DNA of 64,000 nucleotides from Acidobacteriota bacterium. GTDB taxonomy: Bacteria > Acidobacteriota > CAIWXX01. The stretch spans positions 257,306 to 321,305 of the forward strand of contig JBFMAF010000032.1 of NCBI GenBank assembly GCA_040755995.1, given 5' to 3'. Positions 20,270 to 30,338 of this stretch are shown in pieces. The notes under the pieces were generated by a model that was not told the DNA's origin, made no database searches, and saw only the letters and a program-made list of their open reading frames with translations. Positions within the stretch are counted from its first letter, which is position 1. Each line of letters opens with the position of its first letter. Made by a program: the position numbers and the translations under genes.

Positions 20270-20512
20270 AGATACAAATGGTATACTTTCTATCCACTCA
20301 TAGCAAGCCGACACGGGCCGGCAGAAACCCGACCGGCAGCGCTGCTACATGAGGTCAGGCCGATGGCCGGTCTCCGTTCTCCGATTCCCGGTTTCCCCGA
20401 TTCATCCGGTCAAGAATCCCAGGGCGTCGGGCCAACGGGCATTGCACCCACGATCCGGCAGCCGGTCTGTCCCCCAGTGCGACGCCGCCAGGAAGGTGGT
20501 AACATATGACCG

Positions 20513-21415
20513 ATGAGCGTGCATGGGCATCGATGCGGCAATCGCACGGCGCTTGCCCGGCACCGGCTCGCGATCACGCTCGGCATCACGGCGGCGATCT
20601 GCGTGGCCGAGACCGTGGGCGGCTTCATCTCCGGGAGCCTCGCCCTGTTGTCCGATGCCGGCCACATGCTCACCGACATCCTCTCGCTCCTCCTCAGCCT
20701 CTTCGCCCTCCTGCTCTCGACCCGCCGCGCCGATTCAAAGCGCACCTACGGGTACTACCGCCTTGAGATCATCGCCGCATTCCTGAACGGCATTCTGCTC
20801 TTCTCGCTCTCCGCCGGCCTCCTGTATTCCGCCTGGCTGCGACTCCAGCACCCACGCGAGATCGAAGGCGGCGTCATGATGCTCTTCGCACTGGTCGGGC
20901 TGGCCGGCAACGTCCTCGGCGCGGTGCTCCTCATGGGTTTCCGCGACAACATCAACCTGCGCGCCGCCTTTCTGCACGTGATGAGCGACGGCATCTCGTC
21001 TGCGGGCGTGCTTCTCGGCAGCCTGGTCATCTACAAGTGGCGCCTCTACTGGATCGACGTCGCGCTGGGCGTTCTCATCGCGGCGCTCATTATCTACAGT
21101 TCGCTCCGCGTGCTGCGCGAGGCGACGAGCATTCTCATGGAATCCATCCCGCACGGCCTGGAGCTCACGCGAGTCCGCGAAATGCTCCTCCGCATCCCTG
21201 GCATTCGCTCAGTCCACGACCTCCACGTCTGGTCAATCTCAACGGATATGCCGGCTCTCTCAGCGCACATCGTGGTCGATGACGCCGAGCAGGCCGACAG
21301 CCACAGGCTTCTCGAGGAGATTCACACGAAGCTGGACGATGAGTTCCGCCTCTCGCACACCACGATCCAGATCGAGACCGAGAGCTTTCGCAAGTGCTGC
21401 GCCAGCGACCATTAG
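20513..21415 (+). CDS. Cation diffusion facilitator (CzcD/ZitB-like Zn/Co/Cd exporter)
   Basis: SLALLSDAGHMLTD, NLRAAFLHVMSD, HDLHVWSI and HTTIQIE. Confidence 0.93.
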   Translation: MSVHGHRCGNRTALARHRLAITLGITAAICVAETVGGFISGSLALLSDAGHMLTDILSLLLSLFALLLSTRRADSKRTYGYYRLEIIAAFLNGILLFSLSAGLLYSAWLRLQHPREIEGGVMMLFALVGLAGNVLGAVLLMGFRDNINLRAAFLHVMSDGISSAGVLLGSLVIYKWRLYWIDVALGVLIAALIIYSSLRVLREATSILMESIPHGLELTRVREMLLRIPGIRSVHDLHVWSISTDMPALSAHIVVDDAEQADSHRLLEEIHTKLDDEFRLSHTTIQIETESFRKCCASDH

Positions 21416-21539
21416 CGAAGGTAATCCGGCCGTCCGGTGTTCAGGTGCGCCCGTGCACATCTGGACGGACACGGAGACGCGGAGAACGCCAGGTCCGGGT
21501 CTCCGCGTGCGTGGCGAGAGGCAGGGGTCTCCCGCCTGG

Positions 21540-22619
21540 CTAAGGTGTCTTCCAGTACTTCGCCTGGATCTTCCAGATCTCCGGGATGAGGTGATCCTTC
21601 ATCACGCGGATCTCGCCCGTGGGATCGGACGGCTCGTTCACCGACGTCTTCGGCGTCGGTGCCTGGGCTGCGGAAAGCGCATCGAGCACGGCCAGAGTTC
21701 CCTGGCGCAATCCATCCAGACTGTAGCCACCCTCGAGCACGAACACGATCTTCCCGCCCGGGCGGGCCTCGGCCGCCCGGCGCAGCTTCGCGCCCAGCAT
21801 CCCGAATCCGGCGGCGCTCACGTCCATCCCGCCCAAGGGATCATCCTTGTAGATGTCGAATCCGGCGGAGACCAGAACCAGCTCCGGCGCGTACTGCTCC
21901 AGTATCGGGCATATGATTCGATCGTAGACGAGCTCGAATGTCGGGTCGCCGCAGCCGCCCGGGAGCGGCACGTTCACGGTGAACCCGAGTCCAGGCCCTT
22001 TGCCTACTTCGCCCGCAGAGCCCGTGCCTGGGTAGAAGGGGAACCTGTGTGAGGAGATGTACAGGATTTCTCTACGATCGTAGAAAATGTGCTGCGTTCC
22101 GTTCCCATGGTGGACGTCGAAGTCCACGATGGCGACGCGCTTCAGTCCGCGCTCGGCGCTGGCCCACGCCGCCGCCACGGCGACGTTGTTGATCAGGCAG
22201 AATCCCATGGCCCCCTCGGCCTCGGCGTGGTGGCCCGGAGGCCGGGGAAATGCGAAGCCTGTCGAGACTTCGGAATCGAGCACCGCCTTCACCAGCTCGA
22301 TCGATCCGCCCGCCGCCATCCTGGCGACGCGGAAGGAATGGCGCGAGGTGGGGGTGTCGCCGTCGAGAAAGAAGTGGTCCGTGCCCTCCGTCTCGGCCAG
22401 CATGCCGAGATGATGGCGCGTGTGCACTCGAAGCATCTCCGCCTCGGTCGCTTCCCGTGGCTTCACGTAGATTAGTTCCGCCCCGGCCTTGAACGAGTCC
22501 AGGCCCTCCTTGATAGCCTTCAGCCGCTCCGGACGCTCCGGGTGGCCCGACCCCGTGTCGTGCTCGAGAAACACGCGGTCCCAAAGAATGCCGATCCGCC
22601 GAGGCGAAGGTGTCGTCAT
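21540..22619 (-). CDS. Zn-dependent histone deacetylase family (acetylpolyamine/acetyl-lysine deacetylase)
   Basis: HPERPERL, RPPGHHA, GFC, DFDVHHGNGTQ, SAGFD and LEGGY. Confidence 0.93.
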   Translation of the reverse strand: MTTPSPRRIGILWDRVFLEHDTGSGHPERPERLKAIKEGLDSFKAGAELIYVKPREATEAEMLRVHTRHHLGMLAETEGTDHFFLDGDTPTSRHSFRVARMAAGGSIELVKAVLDSEVSTGFAFPRPPGHHAEAEGAMGFCLINNVAVAAAWASAERGLKRVAIVDFDVHHGNGTQHIFYDRREILYISSHRFPFYPGTGSAGEVGKGPGLGFTVNVPLPGGCGDPTFELVYDRIICPILEQYAPELVLVSAGFDIYKDDPLGGMDVSAAGFGMLGAKLRRAAEARPGGKIVFVLEGGYSLDGLRQGTLAVLDALSAAQAPTPKTSVNEPSDPTGEIRVMKDHLIPEIWKIQAKYWKTP

Positions 22620-22626
22620 GGCTCAC

Positions 22627-23943
22627 CTACGCAGGACGGACCGGCCGGCGCCCGATCGAGTAGTACGTGAATCCCAGCTCTGCCATATGCTGCACCTCGT
22701 AGAGATTGCGGCCGTCGAAGATGACGGGCTTGGCGAGCGACGCCCTGATGCGTTCGAAATCCGGCACGCGGAACTCGTTCCATTCCGTCAGGATGATCAG
22801 GGCATCGGCCCCTGAGAGCGGCTCGTACGCCTTTTCGCAAAGGCGGACTCGGGGACCGAATATGCGACGGGCCGTTGGAGACGCCACCGGATCGAATGCG
22901 GCCACGGCGGCGCCGGCTTCGAGCAGCCGGTTGAGGATGACCAGCGACGGCGCCTCGCGCATGTCGTCGGTACGGGGCTTGAAGGCGAGCCCCCAGACTG
23001 CGAACTTCAACCCGACCAGCTTGCCTCCGAAGTGCACGCGGATCTTGTCGAAGAGCAGCTCCTTCTGGAGCGTGTTCACCTCTTCGACGGCGCGCGTCAC
23101 CTTCATGTCCACACCGTTCTCCTCGCCGGTCTTGCGCAGGGCGCGGATGTCCTTTGGGAAGCAGCTCCCGCCGAACCCCACCCCGGCGAACAGGAACGAC
23201 GGCCCTATGCGGCCATCGCTCCCGAGGCCCCTCCGTATCATCTCGATATCGGCTCCGACCTTCTCGCACAGCTTCGCGAACTCGTTCATCATGGAGATGC
23301 GTGTGGCCAGCATGGTGTTGGCCGCGTACTTCGTCATCTCGGCGCTGGGCGGATCCATCACCAAGATAGGTTTGCCGGTTCGAGTGAAAGGGGCGTAGAC
23401 TTCCTGCATCACCTGCAGCGCCTTCCCGTCGTCGCAGCCCAACACCACCCGGTCCGGCCGCAAGAAGTCATCCATCGCCGTACCTTCCTTCAGGAACTCC
23501 GGATTGCTGACCACCGACATCGGATGGGAGGTCTTCGATCGGATGAGATCGCGGACGCGGCGGTTTGTCCCGACCGGCACCGTCGACTTCAGCACGACGA
23601 TTTTCTCGCCGTTGGCGTGCCGGGCGATCTGCTCGGCCACCGCCAGCACGTGCTGGAGATCCGCCGAACCGTCTTCGTTCTCGGGCGTGCCGACCGCTAT
23701 GAAGATCACGTACGCTTCGCTGATCGCCGTCGCGATATCGGTCGTGAACGTGAGTCGCTCTTCGCGCACACATCTCTCGATGACCTCGCCCAGCCCCGGT
23801 TCGTAGAACGGCACCTGGCCGTTTCTCAGCTTCCCGACTTTCTCCTCGTCGATATCCACCCCGATGCAGCTGTTGCCGGCATCAGCCAGGCAGGCCGCCG
23901 CCACCAACCCCACGTACCCGGTTCCAACCACTGCTATGTTCAT
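22627..23943 (-). CDS. ugd: UDP-glucose/GDP-mannose 6-dehydrogenase
   Basis: GTGYVGL, KSTVPVGT, SNPEFLKEG and GFGGSCFPKD. Confidence 0.95.
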   Translation of the reverse strand: MNIAVVGTGYVGLVAAACLADAGNSCIGVDIDEEKVGKLRNGQVPFYEPGLGEVIERCVREERLTFTTDIATAISEAYVIFIAVGTPENEDGSADLQHVLAVAEQIARHANGEKIVVLKSTVPVGTNRRVRDLIRSKTSHPMSVVSNPEFLKEGTAMDDFLRPDRVVLGCDDGKALQVMQEVYAPFTRTGKPILVMDPPSAEMTKYAANTMLATRISMMNEFAKLCEKVGADIEMIRRGLGSDGRIGPSFLFAGVGFGGSCFPKDIRALRKTGEENGVDMKVTRAVEEVNTLQKELLFDKIRVHFGGKLVGLKFAVWGLAFKPRTDDMREAPSLVILNRLLEAGAAVAAFDPVASPTARRIFGPRVRLCEKAYEPLSGADALIILTEWNEFRVPDFERIRASLAKPVIFDGRNLYEVQHMAELGFTYYSIGRRPVRPA

Positions 23944-24164
23944 GTTCGCTCAGTACTCCTTATCGCATTCATGAAACTCGTATTGGTAACACACGGGCGG
24001 TTGGCGGGTCAACACGGTTGACGCAGGCGCGTCTTGCCGCCATAATGACGGCTCTCGCGCAGGACGCTGCGCGAGACGAAGAATGGTATGCCGACGGACG
24101 CAATACCGAACCACCCGCTCATCCCAACCACAGCACGGCACCGATCGAACAGGTGAGGCACACA

Positions 24165-26261
24165 ATGAGTCCATATCAGAGAGAAGAGAAACCCGCCGCC
24201 GGTCGCGAAGACGTCGACGTCCACCTTCCGGAGAACGCCTTCCGTGAGCTGAAAGCCGGGGAGACCTATGAGCCCATTATCAGACCGGAACAGACTGTGC
24301 CCGAGGTCACGCTCAGGTCGGTGGGCCAAGGGATCCTTTGGTCCATCGTCTTCTCCGCAGCGGCCACTTATATTGCTCTGAAGTTGGGGCAGGGGATCGA
24401 ATCGGCTATTCCGATTTCGATTCTGGCGGTGGGGCTCTCGGTCTTTCTGGTGAAATTCTTCGGGAGCCGTGCCTCGACTCTGATCGAGAACGTCAACGTC
24501 CTGGCCGTCGGCGCCACGTCCGGGATCGTCGCCGGCGGTTCGGTGTTCACGATGCCGGCGATCTACATCCTCGGCCTGCAGAACCGGTCGTCATTCTTTC
24601 AGATATTCCTGGTGCCTCTCCTTGGAGCCATTCTCGGGGTCTTCTTCCTCTCGCCCTTCCGCAGGTACTTCGTCCGCGACCTGCACGGAAAGCTGCCGTT
24701 TCCCGAGGGGACGGCCACGACCGAGATTCTCGTGGCAGGCAAGCGAGGCGGCAAGAGCGCCGTGGTGCTCACGTACTCGGCCGCGGTCGCGGCGGCGTTC
24801 GACTTCGTCGGACCGTCGATGCGCGCGTGGGCCGAGAACTTCTCGACTGCGGGCATAGGCGCTCTGAGCGGCTTGACGCACAAGGCGAAGGCGGTTTTCA
24901 ACATGAACACCAGCGCCGCGGTGCTCGGGCTGGGCTACATCATGGGGATCGACTACGCCGCAATCATCATGGCGGGGTCGATGATCTCTTTCTTCGTACT
25001 GGTGCCCGTGTTCGCGTACCTGGGCGCGTTGATACCGGCAGCCATCCCTCCGGGCACGGCGCCTATTGCATCCCTGGACGCCGAGGCGATATTCAGTCTC
25101 TACGTGCAGCCGATCGGGATCGGCGGGATTTTCGCGGCCGGCCTGATTTCGATCTTGAAGATGTCGCCGGTCATCCTGCAGGCTGTCCGGAAGGCGTTCG
25201 GCGAGGTCGCGAGACTCGCCCGGGGCGCGGGCGCTGCGGCCGAGGACGTACGGACCGAGCGATCGCTGCCGATGTCGGCGATCCTGCTCGGGATCGCAGC
25301 CACGGGCCTGCTGGTCTTCCTGTACTTCCGCTTCTCGGTCCTCTCGGCGGAGGCGTCCGCCACATCCGTCTCCCTGCTGGCGGCGCTGATGACGCTTGTG
25401 ATCGGGTTCCTGTTCGCCGCGGTCTCGGCCTGGGCCGTCGCGATCATATCCATCACGCCGGTTTCCGGCATGACCCTGACCACTCTCATCGTGAGCGCCG
25501 TGGCGCTGTCGGCCCTGGGCCTGAGAGGACAGAGCGGCATGCTCCAGACGCTTCTCATCGGCGGTGTCGTCTGCACCTCACTGTCAATGACGGCCTCGCT
25601 GGTGACCCAGTACAAGATAGGGTACTGGCTGGGCGCAACGCCGCGCAAGATCGAGATCTGGAATCTCGCCGGATGCTTCATAGCATCCGCGGCGACGACC
25701 GCCGTGATCATGCTGATGTCCAGCGTCTACGGATTTTCGCCGAGCCCCGAGCACCTGGAACCGCTGGCGGCCCCACAGGCCAATGCGATGGCGGCGGTGC
25801 TTCGAGGCGTGATGGGGTCCGGCGAGGCCTCGTGGTTCCTGTACGGAGTCGGAGCCGTGTTCGCCGTTGCCGCAGAGATGTGCGGTGTCTCCGGCCTGGC
25901 GTTCGGGCTTGGCATGTATCTGCCCATGGAACTGAACTCGCCGCTGGTTCTCGGAGCGGCCGTGTCGTGGCTGCTGCAGCGGTCGTCGAAAGACAAGAAG
26001 CTGGCGAAGACGCGACAGGAGAAGGGCACGCTGATCGCATCGGGCTTCATCGCCGGCGGCGCGCTCGTCGGAGTACTGGCAGCTCTGCTCCGCTTCATCG
26101 AGGACTGGCGCGATGTCACGATCGTTCCCGACCTCACCAAAGTCGCAGCCCTCGACATCGGCGCATGGCTGGACAGCTGGGGAAACTGGATCGGCCTGCT
26201 CATGTTCCTGGGCCTCGCGGGCGGCCTCTACTGGGATTCGTGGCGGGAGAAGGCGGAGTAG
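24165..26261 (+). CDS. OPT family oligopeptide transporter
   Basis: EVTLRS, ESAIPISIL, LPFPEG and APQANAM; many TM segments; start placed after a GAGG RBS. Confidence 0.9.
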   Translation: MSPYQREEKPAAGREDVDVHLPENAFRELKAGETYEPIIRPEQTVPEVTLRSVGQGILWSIVFSAAATYIALKLGQGIESAIPISILAVGLSVFLVKFFGSRASTLIENVNVLAVGATSGIVAGGSVFTMPAIYILGLQNRSSFFQIFLVPLLGAILGVFFLSPFRRYFVRDLHGKLPFPEGTATTEILVAGKRGGKSAVVLTYSAAVAAAFDFVGPSMRAWAENFSTAGIGALSGLTHKAKAVFNMNTSAAVLGLGYIMGIDYAAIIMAGSMISFFVLVPVFAYLGALIPAAIPPGTAPIASLDAEAIFSLYVQPIGIGGIFAAGLISILKMSPVILQAVRKAFGEVARLARGAGAAAEDVRTERSLPMSAILLGIAATGLLVFLYFRFSVLSAEASATSVSLLAALMTLVIGFLFAAVSAWAVAIISITPVSGMTLTTLIVSAVALSALGLRGQSGMLQTLLIGGVVCTSLSMTASLVTQYKIGYWLGATPRKIEIWNLAGCFIASAATTAVIMLMSSVYGFSPSPEHLEPLAAPQANAMAAVLRGVMGSGEASWFLYGVGAVFAVAAEMCGVSGLAFGLGMYLPMELNSPLVLGAAVSWLLQRSSKDKKLAKTRQEKGTLIASGFIAGGALVGVLAALLRFIEDWRDVTIVPDLTKVAALDIGAWLDSWGNWIGLLMFLGLAGGLYWDSWREKAE

Positions 26262-26267
26262 TTTTCA

Positions 26268-26698
26268 CTACCCGTAGCCTACCTCTGGACTGAGAGGGAT
26301 TGTGCTTCGTATGAACGTACCCCGGGCCAGTGGTCGTTGATTACCGTCTCTCAACTTTGTCTCCGCAACGAGCAGGTTCCGAGAGCCGTGTACGAGGCGT
26401 CCGAACGCGATGATGATACCCTCTGCGGCTGGACGAATGTGCACTACGCTGAAGCTGACCGTGAGGACGAAGACATCCTGCACCACAGATTCGCCGCAAA
26501 GAACGCGTCGTCGTCGAGTGCCTTGAAGTACACGGAGCCATGAATAGCATGGGCTGCATGGAAGAAGTCAGGCCTCACCGCGATTGTGACTTCGGCCGGG
26601 CCCTCGGACACCCGCAACGTCGGCGCGAAGTACGCATTGATTGGAGCCGTGCGGTGCATCCGCTCAAGACGCCGGAAGTGCTCTTCAGAACTTGACAT
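26268..26698 (-). pseudogene. PaaI family thioesterase, frameshifted
   Basis: MSSSEEHFRRLERM...HGSVYFKALDD..FFAAN continues in another frame as VQDVFVLTVSF...ARGTFIRSTIPLSPEVGYG; shift near 26487. Confidence 0.8.
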
Positions 26699-26728
26699 GG
26701 CCTTGTCGAGACCCAGGTGATCGGCGCC

Positions 26729-26863
26729 AGCTAACACAGCGTTTGGCCGCCGGGCGCGCCTGCCTGCCCGCCCTCGCTTCTGCCAGTTCCCCCGCTTCGG
26801 CATCCGAGCTGGAGAGTATCGATGTGAGCCTCAGGGACGGTCCGCTGCAGGCGCGGATTCGGC
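26729..26863 (-). mobile_element. Degenerate attC-like site
   Basis: Minus strand GCCGAAT-ccgcgcctgcagcggac...aaacgctgt-GTTAGCT between two co-oriented genes; arms pair poorly. Confidence 0.45.
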
Positions 26864-26875
26864 CCCGCGACGCCC

Positions 26876-27349
26876 CTATTCGCCCTTGGCCTTTTCAAGA
26901 TACATCTCTCTCGGGAAGAAGCGCTTGGGATGCTTGCCCGATGACTCAAGCTCGTGCCGCCGGATTCGCGTGCCTTGCTTGTTAACCAGATCGTGGCCCT
27001 CGGAGAGGAAGTACCGGATCAGCGCTCGTTCGGTCAAAGTCAGGCTCTTAGCAAGTCGTTGGCCTCGCTTGGTAAGAATCTCTCCAGTCAGAACAAAGCG
27101 CCTGCCCGTCTTGGCATTGCGAAGATGCTGCATCAGACGGAGATTGTTGAGGTGATTCTTTACGCGGCCGCGAACGCTGTTGCTCGCCTTTCCGACGTAC
27201 AGCGCCTCGAATTGGGAACCCCACCGACGGCCAAAAATGTAGATACCTGCGCCAGTGCCAACACGGTTGAGGTCTAGAGTGTAGATCATGTTGTCCTTGC
27301 TAGCGTCTCGGAGCTGGATCGGTCGAGACCATTCAACATGCAGCTTCAT
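26876..27349 (-). CDS. GIY-YIG-like nuclease domain protein, probable gene cassette
   Basis: GAGIYIF...LYVGKASNSVRGRVKNH...E..LI...N; lower GC than the backbone. Confidence 0.65.
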   Translation of the reverse strand: MKLHVEWSRPIQLRDASKDNMIYTLDLNRVGTGAGIYIFGRRWGSQFEALYVGKASNSVRGRVKNHLNNLRLMQHLRNAKTGRRFVLTGEILTKRGQRLAKSLTLTERALIRYFLSEGHDLVNKQGTRIRRHELESSGKHPKRFFPREMYLEKAKGE

Positions 27350-27541
27350 AAAGGATGCCTTTCCTTCGCGGGCCGAACGGCCGCGCCGCCTTTGCTTATC
27401 TTTCCGCATAGTACTCCGCGTGGAAGACCCCGTCAACATGGTAGGCGTCAATAGTAGCAATAGCTTGGACAACTCCTCTTGGCCTTCCAGCCTCCTACTA
27501 TTAGCGAGGCCCCGCCTCAAACCGACGAGGCGTGGCCTCGC

Positions 27542-27651
27542 GTTGAAAGTTGAATGTCGAAGGTCGAAATGCTGAATCCGCCGAGTCGGTTCCTAGACTT
27601 CTCGACTTCTCGCTGTCAACCGCTTTCAACATTTGACCTTCAGCCTTCGAC
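27542..27651. repeat. Inverted heptamer arrays (GTYGAAN / NTTCRAC) with internal octamer units
   Basis: gttgaaa gttgaat gtcgaag gtcgaaa ... tttcaac atttgac cttcagc cttcgac. Confidence 0.75.
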
Positions 27652-27855
27652 GTTGCCTTGTCCGCGCCGGAAAAACTCGTCACATTCGTTCATATTCGCC
27701 GCGGACAAGGCAACTAGACCGTTTCCGCATAACACGCTGCGGTTCTTTCCTTACAGGGTGTCCGCGGTGCTTCTTATGGTCCGGAATCCCCGATCCACGC
27801 CGAGGAGCGGATTCCATCTGCCTACCGGCCGTGATATCCTAAGTGAAGGAAGAGA

Positions 27856-28116
27856 ATGGGGTTGCGGCGGATGGGTACACAAGTCGACACGCTAGCGGGG
27901 AGCGGCATTTCGAACCGGTCCGGTTCGGGAGATGCCGAGTCAACGGCTGCCGGTGCGTTTCAGCCGAGAACGGACCTGGGCCGTCGCCTCTGGCAGCTGC
28001 GCCAACAGTACATCGCGGGGGGTGGCAGGCTCTATTCAGCCGAGGAGATCCAGGCGGAGATAGACCGGCAGCGCAGCCGCGCTCCAGGCTCGGATGAAGA
28101 CGACGTTCATCGATAG
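27856..28116 (+). CDS. Putative antitoxin upstream of the PIN toxin (start uncertain)
   Basis: PRTDLGRRLWQLRQQYIAGGGRLYSAEEIQAEIDRQR; overlaps the toxin start. Confidence 0.6.
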   Translation: MGLRRMGTQVDTLAGSGISNRSGSGDAESTAAGAFQPRTDLGRRLWQLRQQYIAGGGRLYSAEEIQAEIDRQRSRAPGSDEDDVHR

Positions 28117-28516
28117 CGGGGTCCTCATCGCCGCTTTTCGCGGCGAGGAGAAGCTCGCAGAACATGCCTTGCGGATCATCGACGATCCCGAAAGAGCACT
28201 CGTGTCGAGTTCGTTCGTGAGGCTGGAGCTCTTGCCGAAGGCGCGATACCACCGTCGAACGGAGGAAGTGAAGTTCTACGAGGAGTTCTTTGGCCGGGCG
28301 GCTCGGTGGATCGAGCCCAGCTCTGAGCTGGACGCCCTCGCCCTCGAAGAGGGGTCGAAGGCCGGATTGAGTGCGCTCGACTCCTTGCACGTGGCCGCAG
28401 CGCTTCAGGCCGGAGCGGAGGAACTGGCGACTACGGAGCGTCGCGAGAGAGCGATCCACAGGACCCGTAGCATTCGTGTCATCTCTGTTCTTGTGGATCG
28501 CGAAAATGACCAGTAG
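28094..28516 (+). CDS. VapC-like PIN domain toxin
   Basis: TFIDSGVLIAA, RLELLPK, LSALDSLHVAAA and LATTE. Confidence 0.88.
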   Translation: MKTTFIDSGVLIAAFRGEEKLAEHALRIIDDPERALVSSSFVRLELLPKARYHRRTEEVKFYEEFFGRAARWIEPSSELDALALEEGSKAGLSALDSLHVAAALQAGAEELATTERRERAIHRTRSIRVISVLVDRENDQ

Positions 28517-28729
28517 CATTCGTGCCGAATCCAAGTGCGATCGGCGGCGAGATCGGAAAGCTGCCTGAACAGGTCGCATGAGCGGCATGGGCGCAACCGC
28601 GCTCTTGGCCCAGGCTCGCCATTTGCGTTTGCGTTTGCGTTTGCGAGCTGGCGGTTGACAGTATGAGACGGCCCGTGCTAGGCTCGGGACAGGAATTGGC
28701 GATCACTCACAGAGGTCGCGGAGTGTGAG

Positions 28730-29344
28730 ATGAAGAGGCGGCTTCGGTTTCCAGGTGCTCTGGTCGGAATCTGGCTCGCCGGTGTCTCTTGCCAGGGGCG
28801 CATGACGACGTCGGTCGCGCCTGCCAGTCTGACACTCACCCAGCTTGTGGCGATCGACGCGCAGGGGCAGACGCGCCCCACGCTCGACTATGATCTCTGC
28901 GCCCAGACGCCGCAGGGTATTATCCCCAGCCTTCTGGGGCAGGTGAGCGTTTCGAACGGACCTGGAGTCGTCGACGCGAACGGCGTGTCGCTCAACGACG
29001 TGAGGCTCACGCGCTACCGCGTCGAATACACGCGCTACGACGGCCGGTCCACTCCCCTCGTCGACGTACCATTGGCGTTCGAAGCTGGCAATGAGATCAC
29101 CATCGGTGCTGGCGAGACGAAGACGCTCCAGATACTGCTGCTCAGGGCAGTAGCACTCACCGAGCCGCCTCTCCTCCAGTTGGCTGAGGGGATAGGACTG
29201 AAGGAGATCCGCGGCGACATCGTGGTAACGTTCTCCGGGAGTGAGATGTCTGGCCATCCGGTGAGCGTCTCCGGTTCGACCCCGTTCTGGTTCCACTGCG
29301 CGAAGCACCCGAATGCGGAATGCGGAATGCGGAGTGCGGAATAG
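28730..29344 (+). CDS. Putative lipoprotein, hypothetical
   Basis: Lipobox-like LAGVSC; beta-rich body; C-terminus runs into the heptamer repeat (NAECGMRSAE). Confidence 0.6.
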   Translation: MKRRLRFPGALVGIWLAGVSCQGRMTTSVAPASLTLTQLVAIDAQGQTRPTLDYDLCAQTPQGIIPSLLGQVSVSNGPGVVDANGVSLNDVRLTRYRVEYTRYDGRSTPLVDVPLAFEAGNEITIGAGETKTLQILLLRAVALTEPPLLQLAEGIGLKEIRGDIVVTFSGSEMSGHPVSVSGSTPFWFHCAKHPNAECGMRSAE

Positions 29345-29637
29345 GGCAAACTAGCTGACGGTGGTGGGAACCACATAAGGGCGTCCTGCCACTCGGCGTG
29401 AGGCGGAAGACAGCGGCTCTTGACCGCTGGCTGAGGTTGCGGCAGATTCCGCATTCCGCATTCCGAATTCCGCATTATGGCTGCGTGGCCCCGAGACCGG
29501 ACTGAGAGCCTCGGCACGGAAGGCCGAGCAGCGTCTCATCCCGCGGCAGATTCCGCATTCCGCATTCCGAATTCCGCATTATGGCTGCGTGGCCCCGAGA
29601 TCCGACTGAGAGGCTCAGCAAGGAAGGCTGAGCAGCG
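29311..29637. repeat. GAATGCG heptamer array plus two inverted ATTCCGC arrays carried in a ~95-bp direct repeat (period 104 bp)
   Basis: GAATGCG-type x4 at 29311-29342; copies at 29439-29533 and 29543-29637 are near-identical. Confidence 0.9.
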
Positions 29638-29658
29638 AATTCTGCTAGAATCGAGCGC

Positions 29659-30273
29659 ATGGAATTCGATCAGGCCAACCGGATCATCCGGACTCTCTAC
29701 GCGGGCATCAACCCATACGAAGTGTCGCACGACGCGCGAGATCTCCTGCCGGCGAAAGATCCTAATCTCGGCTACGGCGAAGTGATGCCGCACGCGTTGC
29801 ACCAGATCCTTCGCGACATGCCTGCCAGAGAAGGAGCAGTGTTCTACGACCTGGGCTCGGGCACCGGCAGGACGCTCATGCTGGCGGCGCTGCTCTTCGA
29901 CTTCCCCAGGCTCGTCGGCATCGAGATTGTCGAAGCTCTTCACCAGACCGCGCTGGCGGCGTTGGACCGGTACAACCACGAGATTCGGCCGGGCCTGCCT
30001 GCGGCGAAGCAGCAGCAGACAATCGAGTTCCGCTGCGCGGATCTCCGCACCGAGGACTTCTCCGACGCAGACGTCGTGTTCGTCCATGCCACCTGCTTCC
30101 GGCCGAAGCTGATGGAGGCGCTCGCCCGACAGCTCGAGAGACTCAGGCCCGGCGCCCGCGTAGCGATCACCAGCAAGGTGATCACGAGCAGCCGGTTCGA
30201 GACGACCCGCATCGAAACATACGAGATGGACTGGGGCGCTACGCCGGTCCTGTTCCTCGAAAGGCGCGCGTAG
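29659..30273 (+). CDS. Class I SAM methyltransferase, DOT1-like
   Basis: LGYGEV, VFYDLGSGTGR, GIEI and FSDADVVFV. Confidence 0.8.
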   Translation: MEFDQANRIIRTLYAGINPYEVSHDARDLLPAKDPNLGYGEVMPHALHQILRDMPAREGAVFYDLGSGTGRTLMLAALLFDFPRLVGIEIVEALHQTALAALDRYNHEIRPGLPAAKQQQTIEFRCADLRTEDFSDADVVFVHATCFRPKLMEALARQLERLRPGARVAITSKVITSSRFETTRIETYEMDWGATPVLFLERRA

Positions 30274-30338
30274 CAGAGGCTACACGGGCCTGACTACATG
30301 GCGCAGCAAGGCACCGGCACCGCCGCACGGGCGCTGCG

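Noticed and set aside
29439..29637. Direct repeats as a CRISPR array
   Set aside because: Only two long copies, no unique spacers of regular length, and no cas genes
21540..30273. HDAC plus DOT1-like genes as a chromatin-like modification system
   Set aside because: They are 7 kb apart on opposite strands with unrelated genes between, and HDAC-family enzymes are common in bacteria
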